DNA of 60,666 nucleotides, counting the filler. It is 7 parts of 7 records of this genome, joined end to end, with 100 filler letters (N's around TTAATTAATTAA, not from the genome) between each part and the next. Parts side by side here need not be neighbours in the genome. Positions count along the whole stretch, not along the records: positions 16,169 to 25,288 come from SRR31147125_39334; positions 25,389 to 32,101 come from SRR31147125_39356; 5 more parts are not named here. One strand, written 5' to 3'. The position numbers and the translations under genes were made by a program. The number at the start of each line of letters is the position of its first letter. Positions within the stretch are counted from its first letter, which is position 1. The notes under the pieces are model-generated. The model did not search any database and was not told where the DNA came from. It worked only from the letters and a program-made list of their open reading frames with translations. Of this stretch, positions 20,748 through 31,055 are shown piece by piece.

Positions 20748-23300
20748 TTGATCCGGCAAATTTTAGGCGAAGAAAGACGTGAACAATTGATTGTGTCTCC
20801 CCAGGGCAGTGAGGGCCGCCCCGGCTTCTTGCGGCCCTTTATACCCATTTCCGCCGCCGTGATTCCCGGTATCGCTGCCGGTGCGCTTTTGCCGGGGCAC
20901 TGCGCGTTGGCTGTTACCCTGTTTTTGATGCTTGCAGCCGGGACGGCCCGGTGTGCATGGAGAGGGAGGTCGTTGCTGGTTCTGCCGCTGCTCGTATGCA
21001 CCGTCGCCGGGTATTTGTCCATCCAGCCCTGGCTGGTACGAGAGATGCCGAAGCACCATGTCGCGCAATTCGCAGAGCAGGGCAAATGGCAGGTGATCGG
21101 CAGGGTGGAGGGACGGCCCCGCATCAAACAGGGGCGGCTGCGATTTGTCCTTGTCGCTCGCACGATTGTGCAGGACAAGCGCACTTTGGGGGTGACCGGA
21201 AGGATCCAGGTAACGGCCAGAGACCGATTCTCTCACCTTTCGCGGGGTGATACCGTTTCTCTTAGCGGACACCTGCATGGCGTCCGCAATTTTTGTAATC
21301 CGGGCGGATTCGATTACGAGCGCTATATGGCCCTGCAGGGGATTCGTTGCCGCCTCTACACTCAGGGCAAGAGTATTCGCGTGTTGGCGACCGCTGAGAG
21401 GGGTTGGCGGCAGCGGCTGGACCACCTGCGCGACTCATTGGCCGCCATGATGGCGGCAGCGCTGCAGCGCCACCCGCCAGAGGTCACGGAACTGATGAAA
21501 GCGTTGACCCTGGGGGAGCGCTCCGGCATCTCACAGGAATTGCGGGATGCCTTCAGCCGGGTGGGCGTGAGCCATGTGCTGGCCATCTCCGGACTGCATG
21601 TCGGCATGGTTGCGGCCGCTGCCCTGCTGCTGTTTCGGTTGCTGTTGGTGCGAATACCGATCGTGGTGCGCCACCTGCTGGTGTTCAGAGGGGCCGCCGC
21701 CTTGAGCTTTGCACCGGTATTGCTCTACGGGCTGTTGTCCGGTTTTTCTCCGTCGACCCAGCGTGCCGTGATCATGGTCGGCGTATTCCTGGCCGGATTC
21801 TGGGTGGGCCGGCTCTACAACTGGCCCAATGTGGTCGCCGTAGCGGCCCTGGTCATCCTGATCTGCTCACCGTCTGCACTGCTGAGCGTCTCGTTTCAGC
21901 TCTCCTTTGCCGCGGTTTGTGCTATTTTGACGGGTATCCATGCGATCCCCTTTTGGCCACAGTCCCGCGGGATGCAGGGTTGGCGGCGATGGGCGTCAAA
22001 GGCGACAGGGCTCTTCTGGATTTCCCTCCTGGCGATGGTGGGGACAATGCCCCTGGTCATGCACCACTTCAATCTGTTGGCCTGGGTGGGGCCGTTCTCC
22101 AACATGGTTGTGGTTCCCCTGGTTGGGATTGTCATACTTCCGGCTGCTCTCATAGGGACGATTTGGGCGCCGTTGTTCCTTCCGATCGCTGCGGCATTGT
22201 GGCAGATCGCTGCCTGGGGACTGCGCGCCGTTCTCTGGTTTGTCCAGAATCTGGCCCAATTCGAGGCGGTCGCTTTCACCACAGTGACCCCGACCCAATT
22301 GGAGATGACGATCTATTATCTACTGATAGGGCTGCTCTTTTTTTGGAAGCGTATCCGTTTTCGGTCATTGATTGTCGGGCTGATCCTTCTGGTGGCGGTG
22401 GGAGATGCCGTCTACTGGCACCAGCGGCGATTCGGAAACGATCGGATGGTGGTCACAGCGGTGGACGTGGGGCAGGGCACGGCTAATTTACTTCAACTGC
22501 CCGGAGGATATACGGTGCTCGTGGATGGCGGCGGGTTCAGCGACAGCTCTTTTTTCGATGTAGGACGCAGTATTGTGGCGCCCCTCTTGTTGCGTAAAAA
22601 GATACAACGCATCGACCTGGTTATTCTGAGCCACCCCAACAGCGATCACCTCAACGGTCTGCTTTACATTCTGCGCCATTTCGATGTGGGTGAGATATGG
22701 AGCAATCATGAGATTGCACCCACCATGGGTTACCGGCAATGGCTACAGATCATTGCGGAGCGGAAGCTGAAACACAGGGCGTTCGAGCTCTTGCCGCGCC
22801 AAAGCGTGCGCGCCGGTGTCCGTTTCGAAATTCTGGCGCCGCCATCCGATTATGCGCAGCGCGGCGCCACCTCGTACCAGCGGGATGCCAACAACAATTC
22901 ACTGGTGGTACGAGCCGCGTGGAAGGACATCTCCTTCCTCTTTGCCGGTGACATTGAGCGCCCGGCCGAGGCTTGGCTGGTGGCGGAACATGGCGCAGCG
23001 CGGCTTCACAGCACATTTCTGATGGTGCCGCACCACGGCAGCCGCAGCTCCAGCTCCCCGGCGCTGATCGGTGCCGTGCAGCCCAGCGAGGCGGTTGTCT
23101 CCGCGGGGTGGCGCAATCGATTCCACTTTCCTCATGAAGAGGTGGTTTCGCGGCTTCGGGGTTCCAATTGCCGTATGTGGCGCACCGACCATGACGGCGC
23201 CATCGAAATCACCACCAATGGCCGTGACTACGAGGTTGTCTGCTGCCGGCCGGGGGTCACCAATCATCTTGACTTCCTTCGGAGAAATCCACTAAATTAG
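20748..23300 (+). CDS. comEC: DNA internalization competence protein ComEC/Rec2 (start uncertain)
   Basis: NPGGFDY, HVLAISGLHVG, SFQLSF, DVGQG, SHPNSDH, NNNSLV, PHHGS and RTDHDGAI motifs. Confidence 0.95.
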   Translation: MIRQILGEERREQLIVSPQGSEGRPGFLRPFIPISAAVIPGIAAGALLPGHCALAVTLFLMLAAGTARCAWRGRSLLVLPLLVCTVAGYLSIQPWLVREMPKHHVAQFAEQGKWQVIGRVEGRPRIKQGRLRFVLVARTIVQDKRTLGVTGRIQVTARDRFSHLSRGDTVSLSGHLHGVRNFCNPGGFDYERYMALQGIRCRLYTQGKSIRVLATAERGWRQRLDHLRDSLAAMMAAALQRHPPEVTELMKALTLGERSGISQELRDAFSRVGVSHVLAISGLHVGMVAAAALLLFRLLLVRIPIVVRHLLVFRGAAALSFAPVLLYGLLSGFSPSTQRAVIMVGVFLAGFWVGRLYNWPNVVAVAALVILICSPSALLSVSFQLSFAAVCAILTGIHAIPFWPQSRGMQGWRRWASKATGLFWISLLAMVGTMPLVMHHFNLLAWVGPFSNMVVVPLVGIVILPAALIGTIWAPLFLPIAAALWQIAAWGLRAVLWFVQNLAQFEAVAFTTVTPTQLEMTIYYLLIGLLFFWKRIRFRSLIVGLILLVAVGDAVYWHQRRFGNDRMVVTAVDVGQGTANLLQLPGGYTVLVDGGGFSDSSFFDVGRSIVAPLLLRKKIQRIDLVILSHPNSDHLNGLLYILRHFDVGEIWSNHEIAPTMGYRQWLQIIAERKLKHRAFELLPRQSVRAGVRFEILAPPSDYAQRGATSYQRDANNNSLVVRAAWKDISFLFAGDIERPAEAWLVAEHGAARLHSTFLMVPHHGSRSSSSPALIGAVQPSEAVVSAGWRNRFHFPHEEVVSRLRGSNCRMWRTDHDGAIEITTNGRDYEVVCCRPGVTNHLDFLRRNPLN

Positions 23301-23377
23301 CAGCTCTTTATAAACCGAGGCCTGTGGAAGTGGCAAGTTGACATAACAGGCCTTGAAGACTCTCGAGGAGTGACAAA

Positions 23378-24985
23378 ATGACCCCATTTGCCTTTGAGCC
23401 GATGTTTCCTTTGGGTGCGGACGATACGCCCTATCGTCATCTCACATCCGACCATGTCTCCCAAGTGCCGTTTGACGGCGGCCGGATTCTGAAGGTTGCA
23501 TCGGAAGGGCTGACGTTATTGGCCGAACAGGCCTTCGAGGATGTGTCCCATTACTACCGTCCCGGCCACCTGGCGCAATTGGCCCAGATCCTTGAGGATA
23601 GCGAGAGTTCGCCCAACGATCGGTTTGTTGCCCTGGAGATGTTGAAGAACGCGGTGATCTCCGCCGAGGGGGAATTTCCCATGTGCCAGGATACCGGTAC
23701 GGCCATTATCGTCGGCAAGAAGGGACAGCGGGTGTGGACCGGCGGCGGCGACGAAGCGGCCCTCTCGCAAGGGGTCTACAATGCCTATACGCGCTGCAAC
23801 CTGCGCTATTCCCAAAATGCGCCGCTGAGCATGTATGCCGAAAAAAATACCGGCTGCAACCTGCCGGCCCAGATCGAGCTTTACGCGGTCGATAGTGACG
23901 CCTACTCGTTCCTGATGCTGGCCAAAGGCGGCGGTTCCGCCAACAAAACCTATTTGTATCAGGAGACCAAAGCGGTGCTGTCGCCCGACACGTTGATCTC
24001 TTATCTGGTCGGCAAGATGAAGAGCCTGGGCACCGCTGCTTGTCCGCCCTATCACCTGGCCGTGGTCATCGGCGGCACCTCGGCCGAACTCAATTTGAAG
24101 ACGGTCAAGCTGGCGTCGGCAAAGTATCTCGACCATCTGCCGCTTCAGGGCAGTGACAGCGGCCACGCTTTTCGCGATACGGCCGTTGAAGCGGAGCTGC
24201 TCGAGCGCTCCCGGCGGTTGGGTATCGGCGCCCAGTTCGGTGGGAAGTATTTCTGCCACGATGTGCGTGTCATCCGCCTGCCCCGCCACGGCGCCTCGTG
24301 CCCCATCGGGATTGGCGTGAGCTGCAGCGCCGACCGCAACATCAAAGCCAAAATCACGGCCGAAGGTCTTTTCCTCGAACAGTTGGAGACAGATCCGGCC
24401 CGTTTCCTGCCTGAGATGGGAGAGGAGAGCGGAGAGGCCGTCCGCCTCGATCTGAACCAGCCCATGGACAAGATTCGGTCGATTCTCAGTCAATACCCGG
24501 TGGCCACGCGCCTGCTGTTGAGCGGCTCCCTGATCGTGGCCCGCGACATCGCCCATGCCAAACTGAAAGAGCGCATGGACAGCGGCCAGGGGCTGCCCCA
24601 GTATTTCAAGGACCACATCGTCTACTATGCCGGCCCTGCCAAAACTCCGGACGGATACGCCTCGGGCTCCTTCGGCCCCACCACGGCGGGCCGCATGGAT
24701 CCTTATGTCCCCCTGTTCCAGGCCCGAGGCGCCTCGATGGTGATGCTGGCCAAGGGCAACCGTTCCCAGGTGGTGACCGATGCATGCAAACAGTTCGGCG
24801 GCTTCTATCTCGGCTCCATCGGTGGTCCGGCGGCAAGGCTGGGCAAGGAGTGCATCACCGAGATGGAGCTGATCGAGTTTCCGGAGCTGGGCATGGAGGC
24901 GATCTATAAGATTACGGTTAAGGATTTTCCGGCATTTATCCTCGTCGATGACAAAGGAAACGATTTTTTCAGCAAATTATTATGA
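23378..24985 (+). CDS. fumA: Class I [4Fe-4S] fumarate hydratase
   Basis: [31 protein letters not shown] and GPTTAGRMD motifs. Confidence 0.93.
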   Translation: MTPFAFEPMFPLGADDTPYRHLTSDHVSQVPFDGGRILKVASEGLTLLAEQAFEDVSHYYRPGHLAQLAQILEDSESSPNDRFVALEMLKNAVISAEGEFPMCQDTGTAIIVGKKGQRVWTGGGDEAALSQGVYNAYTRCNLRYSQNAPLSMYAEKNTGCNLPAQIELYAVDSDAYSFLMLAKGGGSANKTYLYQETKAVLSPDTLISYLVGKMKSLGTAACPPYHLAVVIGGTSAELNLKTVKLASAKYLDHLPLQGSDSGHAFRDTAVEAELLERSRRLGIGAQFGGKYFCHDVRVIRLPRHGASCPIGIGVSCSADRNIKAKITAEGLFLEQLETDPARFLPEMGEESGEAVRLDLNQPMDKIRSILSQYPVATRLLLSGSLIVARDIAHAKLKERMDSGQGLPQYFKDHIVYYAGPAKTPDGYASGSFGPTTAGRMDPYVPLFQARGASMVMLAKGNRSQVVTDACKQFGGFYLGSIGGPAARLGKECITEMELIEFPELGMEAIYKITVKDFPAFILVDDKGNDFFSKLL

Positions 24986-25030
24986 TTTTAGGCCTGTTTG
25001 TTCATGCGCAAGCAGGGATGGACGATATAG

Positions 25031-25098
25031 GTAGAAGTAGGAAAGTGGAACGTATGAAAGTGGAAAGTTGAAAGTATGAAGGTATGAAAGTTGTGGAA
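25031..25098. repeat. Degenerate 7-8 bp purine-rich tandem repeat
   Basis: gtaggaaa gtggaac gtatgaaa gtggaaa gttgaaa gtatgaag gtatgaaa. Confidence 0.75.
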
Positions 25099-25158
25099 TT
25101 CTGTCTGTTTTTATTCTGAGGATATTGACCTATCTGCTACTTTAAATGACAGCATTCC

Positions 25159-25288
25159 TTGATGAGTTCGTAAAAAATAAACAAAATACCCGTATCGTCA
25201 TTCCGGCGAAAGTCGGGCACGCAATGAAGCCTTTGCGCTACCCAGTCTTTTCAATGGCTTCTGGATGCCGGATCAAGTCCGGCATGAC
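25159..25288. repeat. REP-like palindromic repeat element, truncated at the contig end
   Basis: GATGAGTTCGTAAAAA...GTCATTCCGGCGAAAGTCGG...CTGGATGCCGGATCAAGTCCGGCATGAC, with terminal GTCAT/ATGAC inverted ends. Confidence 0.75.
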
Positions 25289-25389
25289 NNNNNNNNNNNN
25301 NNNNNNNNNNNNNNNNNNNNNNNNNNNNNNNNTTAATTAATTAANNNNNNNNNNNNNNNNNNNNNNNNNNNNNNNNNNNNNNNNNNNNC

Positions 25390-27195
25390 CAGAGCTTCTC
25401 TGTAAACGTCACCGGTGCCAACGACCCCCCAACCCCAACCCAAAACACCAACGAAGTAACCGTCGACCACAACCAGCAAGCCTCCGGCAACATGCTGAGC
25501 GATGATGACGGTTTCGGGATTGACTCAGACGTGGACGGTGATCCCATTACCATCACAGCTATTGATGGTTCTGCAGTGACTCCTGCTACAGGTACGTATG
25601 GAACGCTCGTATGGAATGGCGATGGGAGCTACACCTATACGCTGGACAACGATCTTCCGGAGGTGCAGGCGCTCAGGACCGGTGATACGATCACCGACAG
25701 TTTCACCTACACCGTCTCCGACAATCACGCTGGGTCCGCCACAGCATCCATTGAAATCACGATTCACGGCAGCAACGACGCACCCGAACTGATCGCTCCA
25801 CTTAACCAGCTCGACTCAGCGGATGCGGATTCGGTTCTTGTTAATCTTTCTGACTACTTTGCCGATCCCAATGATGATGACACCCTTTCCTACACAGCAA
25901 TAGGTCTTCCTCCGGGTCTGGTACTTGCCGAGGACGGCACGATCAGCGGCACCCTTCCCGCGAATGCCTCGGTCAACGGACCGTACACCGTCACGCTTAC
26001 GGTGGATGACGGCAAGGCGGGTATCATTACTCATGAATTCACCTGGATTGTCGAGAACCCGGAACCAACCGCTTCCGATAACAGCAAAATCCTTGATGTT
26101 TCAAGTGCTACCGAAACTTCCGGAAACGTGATACTCGATGACGACGGCTTCGGTATCGACAGCGATCCGGACGGAGACGAGATCAACGTTGTCCAGGTAA
26201 ACGGATCTACAAATCAGGTCACCACGGGCTTGTATGGTACGCTGTACTGGGAAGCCGACGGAACCTATCGATACGAGATAGACCCAGATAACCCGGCCCT
26301 GCTGAGATCAAACGGGAGCCTGTTCACTGAAGAGTTCACCTACCTGTTAAGTGATGGTGAAGGCGGGACATCAACCGCCACCCTGACAATTTCACTTCAG
26401 GGCCGGCTACCGGGAGTAGGACAAATAGACGCAACAGGTGAACCAGAAAACACCGAGCCAGACTCTGCCGATAGCTTTACCCCGGCAAATCCGCCATACT
26501 TCCAGGAATCTGGATCAACCAACCAGACCAGAGATGATGGTTCTACAGAGGATTATGCCAGCTACACGGAATTCACACAGAAATCTTTGGCAGAAGAGCA
26601 ACTCGTTGATGAGTATGGGCTGTTGTATCTGCTAACGCTCAACATCGAGGTTCAAGACCAGGTCTTCAAAACCTACGAGGAAATCAACTTCTCGCTTCCG
26701 GCCAACACCTTCGTCGTTCATGAAAGAGGGGACGCGCTCCTCGAACCGAGACCTGAGATCCAGCTCAGGGCAACGCTCGCAAACGGTGCTCCGCTGCCGG
26801 CCTGGCTCCACTTCAACCCGCATACGGTGACCTTCACCGGCACGCCACAGGACGGCGAACGGGATGTCGAAGTGAAAGTCATCGCCACGATCGGCAACGG
26901 CCAGGAAGTCGAGGCCATATTCACTATCATCGTTCTAGAGAAAGAGGACACCGGCAATGGCGAATCGCAGGAGCAGGCCCTCAATCTCGGGACCAGTGAG
27001 ATCGCGGTCGGCCTCAGCGTTATTGGGGCCGGACTCAAGCCCCTGCTGACCAAACCCTCTAACGACATCCGCGCAGCCCTTCGCGCCGAGGCCAGCTCTT
27101 TTGAGCGTGAACGGGAACAGTTGCTGTCTGATTTGGGTATACTCGGGATGCAAAAAGAAAATAGCGTTACGCAGTTAAAACATTTTGGCAAATAG
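25390..27195 (+). CDS. Secreted adhesin, 5'-truncated: VCBS/Ig repeats plus dystroglycan-type cadherin-like domain
   Basis: Frame open from the contig edge; two GNxxxDDDGFGIDSDxDGD repeats, YTYTLDN, GLPPGL He_PIG motif, GAPLPAWLHF...FTGTP. Confidence 0.85.
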   Translation, partial: QSFSVNVTGANDPPTPTQNTNEVTVDHNQQASGNMLSDDDGFGIDSDVDGDPITITAIDGSAVTPATGTYGTLVWNGDGSYTYTLDNDLPEVQALRTGDTITDSFTYTVSDNHAGSATASIEITIHGSNDAPELIAPLNQLDSADADSVLVNLSDYFADPNDDDTLSYTAIGLPPGLVLAEDGTISGTLPANASVNGPYTVTLTVDDGKAGIITHEFTWIVENPEPTASDNSKILDVSSATETSGNVILDDDGFGIDSDPDGDEINVVQVNGSTNQVTTGLYGTLYWEADGTYRYEIDPDNPALLRSNGSLFTEEFTYLLSDGEGGTSTATLTISLQGRLPGVGQIDATGEPENTEPDSADSFTPANPPYFQESGSTNQTRDDGSTEDYASYTEFTQKSLAEEQLVDEYGLLYLLTLNIEVQDQVFKTYEEINFSLPANTFVVHERGDALLEPRPEIQLRATLANGAPLPAWLHFNPHTVTFTGTPQDGERDVEVKVIATIGNGQEVEAIFTIIVLEKEDTGNGESQEQALNLGTSEIAVGLSVIGAGLKPLLTKPSNDIRAALRAEASSFEREREQLLSDLGILGMQKENSVTQLKHFGK

Positions 27196-27252
27196 AGTGC
27201 CGGGTGTAAACTCCGGCCGCACGGTAACATCACCTCAAACAAAAGACGATCA

Positions 27253-28821
27253 ATGAGACAAGAACAAAACACCTCCCCATGTGCAGGATTGCTCCGCCCG
27301 TTTCTTGCCGGCGGCCTCATGCTCCTGATGGCAGCGGGCTGTTCACTCACGCCCACACCAATCTCCTTTGAACAGGTCCAACAGCAGTCTATCCAGGACC
27401 TGGCCGAAGCAGCCGCGGAACAGGAACCCATCACCGCACCCATCGACCTCTACGAAGCGATGGCTCGGGCACTGAAGTACAACTTCGAGAGCCGCCTCAG
27501 ATTGCTCGAGACCCATCTGGCCGTGGACCAGCAGAGCGTTGCCAAATTCGAGATGCTGCCCAAACTCGCTGCATCTGCAGGCTACAATGCCCGCAGCAAC
27601 TACAGCGGCGCCACAAGTATCGCTCTCGAAGGGCCGGAGAAAGGGCAGGAATCGCTCGTCGCTTCGACGTCGCAGGAGAAGCAGTACGGTACCGCCGATG
27701 TGACAGTCATGTGGAACGTGCTCGACTTCGGTCTCAGCTATGTCCATGCCAAACAGGAAGGCGACAAAATCATGATCGCTGAGGAGCGCAAACGCAAGAC
27801 CATCCAGAACATCGTCCAGGATGTGCGCAGCGCTTACTGGAAAGCGGCCTGCGCTGAATTGGTGCTCGACGACCTCGCCCGGATGCTGGAGGAGACTCAA
27901 TCAGCGCTGGAAGACTCCCGCAAGGTAGCGGCTGAAGTTCTCGACACCCCGAAAGACACACTTGAGTACCAGAAAGATCTCCTGCAGAACATCAGACTTC
28001 TCAAAAACCTGATCAGGCAGATGCGCGACGCCAAGGTCGAACTCGCGGGGCTGATGAACATCCGCTCCACTACCGAGTTCAGACTCGCCATCCCCGAAGA
28101 CTTTACCGTCTTGCCGGAGCTTACGCTGCCAATGAATGCACTTGAGACACTGGCGCTCCAGAACAGGCCGGAGCTGTTCGAAGAAGACTACCGGGCCAGA
28201 ATCACCTCCCTTGACGCCCGCAAGGCCCTTCTCGAAGCGTTTCCCAGTCTGAATCTCAGGGGCGGTTTCTACCTGGACAGCAACGAGCTCCTGTTCAACA
28301 GCCAGTGGTGGGAAGCAGGAGCAGACATTTCTTTGAACCTGTTCAAGCTCTTCCAGCAACCGGCCATCAGAAAAGCAATCAAGTCACAGCAAAATGTGGA
28401 CAGCATGCGCCGTAAGGCCCTGAGCATGGCAATCGTGACCCAGGTCCATCTCTCCCGCTCCAATTTCGAACTGGCAAAAGACCGATTCGTGATAACCGGT
28501 ACACTGGCGGAAATAAACGACCGCTTGAGAGAGATCACCCTGAGTGAACAGCAGAATCAGCTGGCCAGCGATCTGGAAGTAATTGAAACAGCCACCACAG
28601 CCCTGGTTGCGAAAATGCAGAAAATGATGTCGTATGCTACGTTACAGGATGCGTATGGTCAGATCATCAACACGATAGGGCTTGATATCCTCCCCGAAGA
28701 GGTTGACGATGTATCCGTGGCGGAGGTACGACAGTCTCTTGCGACTGCCGTAACCAGTGCTGAAACACTCCTGGCCATGAATAGTCTGCCGGAACTGCCC
28801 CCGGTTCCAACCGAGCAGTAA
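27253..28821 (+). CDS. TolC-family outer membrane lipoprotein
   Basis: Lipobox AAGC; EAMARALKYN, WNVLDFGLSY and ALQNRPEL motifs. Confidence 0.9.
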   Translation: MRQEQNTSPCAGLLRPFLAGGLMLLMAAGCSLTPTPISFEQVQQQSIQDLAEAAAEQEPITAPIDLYEAMARALKYNFESRLRLLETHLAVDQQSVAKFEMLPKLAASAGYNARSNYSGATSIALEGPEKGQESLVASTSQEKQYGTADVTVMWNVLDFGLSYVHAKQEGDKIMIAEERKRKTIQNIVQDVRSAYWKAACAELVLDDLARMLEETQSALEDSRKVAAEVLDTPKDTLEYQKDLLQNIRLLKNLIRQMRDAKVELAGLMNIRSTTEFRLAIPEDFTVLPELTLPMNALETLALQNRPELFEEDYRARITSLDARKALLEAFPSLNLRGGFYLDSNELLFNSQWWEAGADISLNLFKLFQQPAIRKAIKSQQNVDSMRRKALSMAIVTQVHLSRSNFELAKDRFVITGTLAEINDRLREITLSEQQNQLASDLEVIETATTALVAKMQKMMSYATLQDAYGQIINTIGLDILPEEVDDVSVAEVRQSLATAVTSAETLLAMNSLPELPPVPTEQ

Positions 28822-28863
28822 CGACTACTCACAGTGAACCAAAAAGGTCGTTGAACGAACGAA

Positions 28864-29704
28864 ATGAGCCACGTTTATCCATCAGTACCACGGCAACCTT
28901 TCCCGCGAAATTTCGTGATTGATTACACTCCAACCGCCCCTGGAGTTGTGTCCCTCATTGTGCTGTTGCTGCTTCTCTTTCCAGGCTATCTGACTGCCTC
29001 CGAGCCGGCTTCACCGCCCCCGCCCCTTCCCAATCCTGTTGACAGACAGGTTCGGGGTTTGCTCGTGTCCGATACCAGGACGACGCTCGCCGCAGAGTTA
29101 CCGAGTACCATTTCCCGGATCAGCGTTACCATGGGCGAACAATTCAAAAAAAACCAGCTCCTCGTTGAACTCGACGATACCATCTACCAGGCCCGGATGA
29201 AACTGGCCAGGGCCGAGCAACAAAACGCAGAGAATCAGCTTACCGCAAAAGAGAAACTTCGAACGTTGAGGTCGATAAGCGAACTCAATCTGCAGGAGAG
29301 CACATTGAGGCTCGCGAAAGCCGAAGCTGAGATCGAACTCCTGGAAATAAAGCTGCGCCAGAGCAGAATAAAGGCCCCTTCTCCGGACGTGTAATCGAAC
29401 GCAAAGTCAACCCTCATCAGTATGTCGCCGCAGGCACGCCGCTTCTCGAAATCATCGATGACAGTCAACTGCATATTCAGATGCTCATCCCCTCCTCCTG
29501 GATCAGCAATATCAGCAGAGGAGACAGGGTAACAATTGATATCGATGAGGTCCAGGCAGAATACCAAGCCGAAATTGACGGTATCGGTGCCGCTATCGAT
29601 GCCAACAGTCAGACACTCGAGCTTCGAGCTGCCATCTCCGGCTCGCCCCCCGCCTTCTTGCCGGGATGAGCGGAACCGTAACCTTCGAAAAACCCTCGCA
29701 TTGA
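28864..29704 (+). CDS. Short periplasmic adaptor (MFP), indels near 29380 and 29665
   Basis: Lipoyl half-motifs GEQFKKNQLL and IKAP|FSGRV; IDANSQT; LP|GMSG is restored by adding one base in each homopolymer. Confidence 0.8.
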
Positions 29705-29714
29705 TCACGACCAG

Positions 29715-31055
29715 ATGGATTCTCCCGATCAGCAAATCCGATTCCTCAGTACACTGCTGCATCTCGAACAGCGGCTTCGTGATGCCGCTAATCCCCAGGA
29801 ACTCGCCTATCGACTCGCCAATGAGACTCGAAACCTGATACAGTATGATCAGCTCATTGTCTGGGAACGAGCTGTAACGGGACGAATCACTATACGGATT
29901 GTCTCCGGTATCGACAGACTCGATCCCCACACCCCCTTTCTGAAGGAATGTCGGGATCTCTGTATACACCTGCTCGAAACGCACCAAGGTGAAACAGCTT
30001 CTTTAAATACCGCAGAACTACCAACACAACTCAGCGAGCAGTGCGGAGCAAGAAACTGGGCTCACCTTCTGTTCATCACCGAAACGGATTCCCCGGGCCA
30101 GGTACAGGGTGGGATGCTAGTGGTCAGGACCCAGACACCCTGGACGGAACAAGAGGAGAAGCTTTTTGATCGACTCTCGGATACCTACCGTCATGCCGCG
30201 CGCACTCTGAGTCCCTGGCGGAAGAAACCGAGGAAACACCCCTTTCAGCGACTGGTGGGCCTTGCCGTTTTCATACTGTTTATAGCCGCGATGATCATGC
30301 CGGTACACCTCTCTACTCTGGCCCCGGCAGAGGTTGTTTCCACGAACAGGACACTGATCACGGCTCCGATGGATGGGATCGTCAGCCGGTTCATGATCCA
30401 GCCAAACCAGGTGGTTACGAAAGGCCAGCGTCTGGTTGAGCTCAACCAGACAACATTGAAAAGCCAGCTGACGGTAGCCAGAAAAGCATACGAGGTGACC
30501 AAAACCAGGTTTCAACAGGCTCAGCAGCGATCATTTAACGACGCACAGGCCCGTGAGCAGGTACAGCTATTACAGGCCCAGATGCTCCAGAAGAAGGCAG
30601 AAGCCGAGTTCATAGAAACAGAGTTTGCAAAAACAGTAATCGAGGCTCCAGCGGATGGTATAGCGGTATTTCGGGACGAGGATGACTGGCTCGGGAGACC
30701 GGTTGCGACCGGCCAGAGGATTCTTATTCTGGCAGATCCGGACCAGGTCGAACTCGAGATACAGCTCCCGATAAACGACGCAATTACCCTTGAGGGCGGC
30801 AGCCAGATATCTTTTTTCCAGAATGTGGCTCCGACAAAACCGCTTGCCGCGACGCTCAATTATTACGGGTATCAAGCCTCATTTGACGAGTCAGGCACGC
30901 TTTTCTTTCCCCTCAAGGCAACCTTTACCGACCCGAGCCCGGAAACGAAGCTGGGTCTGCGGGGCTCGGCGAAGTTATTTGGCCGCAAGGTGCCGCTGAT
31001 CTATGCAATCCTCAGGAGGCCCCTGACCAGTCTCCGTCAGTTCATCGGGTTCTGA
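29715..31055 (+). CDS. HlyD-family adaptor with N-terminal GAF-like domain
   Basis: N-terminal LANETRNLIQYDQ region, TM segment, ITAPMDG, IEAPADGIAV, LGLRGSAKL and RRPL motifs. Confidence 0.85.
   Translation: MDSPDQQIRFLSTLLHLEQRLRDAANPQELAYRLANETRNLIQYDQLIVWERAVTGRITIRIVSGIDRLDPHTPFLKECRDLCIHLLETHQGETASLNTAELPTQLSEQCGARNWAHLLFITETDSPGQVQGGMLVVRTQTPWTEQEEKLFDRLSDTYRHAARTLSPWRKKPRKHPFQRLVGLAVFILFIAAMIMPVHLSTLAPAEVVSTNRTLITAPMDGIVSRFMIQPNQVVTKGQRLVELNQTTLKSQLTVARKAYEVTKTRFQQAQQRSFNDAQAREQVQLLQAQMLQKKAEAEFIETEFAKTVIEAPADGIAVFRDEDDWLGRPVATGQRILILADPDQVELEIQLPINDAITLEGGSQISFFQNVAPTKPLAATLNYYGYQASFDESGTLFFPLKATFTDPSPETKLGLRGSAKLFGRKVPLIYAILRRPLTSLRQFIGF

Noticed and set aside
21404-24616. Long alternative-frame ORFs (360 aa at 21404, 366 aa at 23516) and similar shadow ORFs elsewhere
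   Set aside because: They overlap comEC and fumarase; expected in GC-rich DNA and have no recognisable motifs
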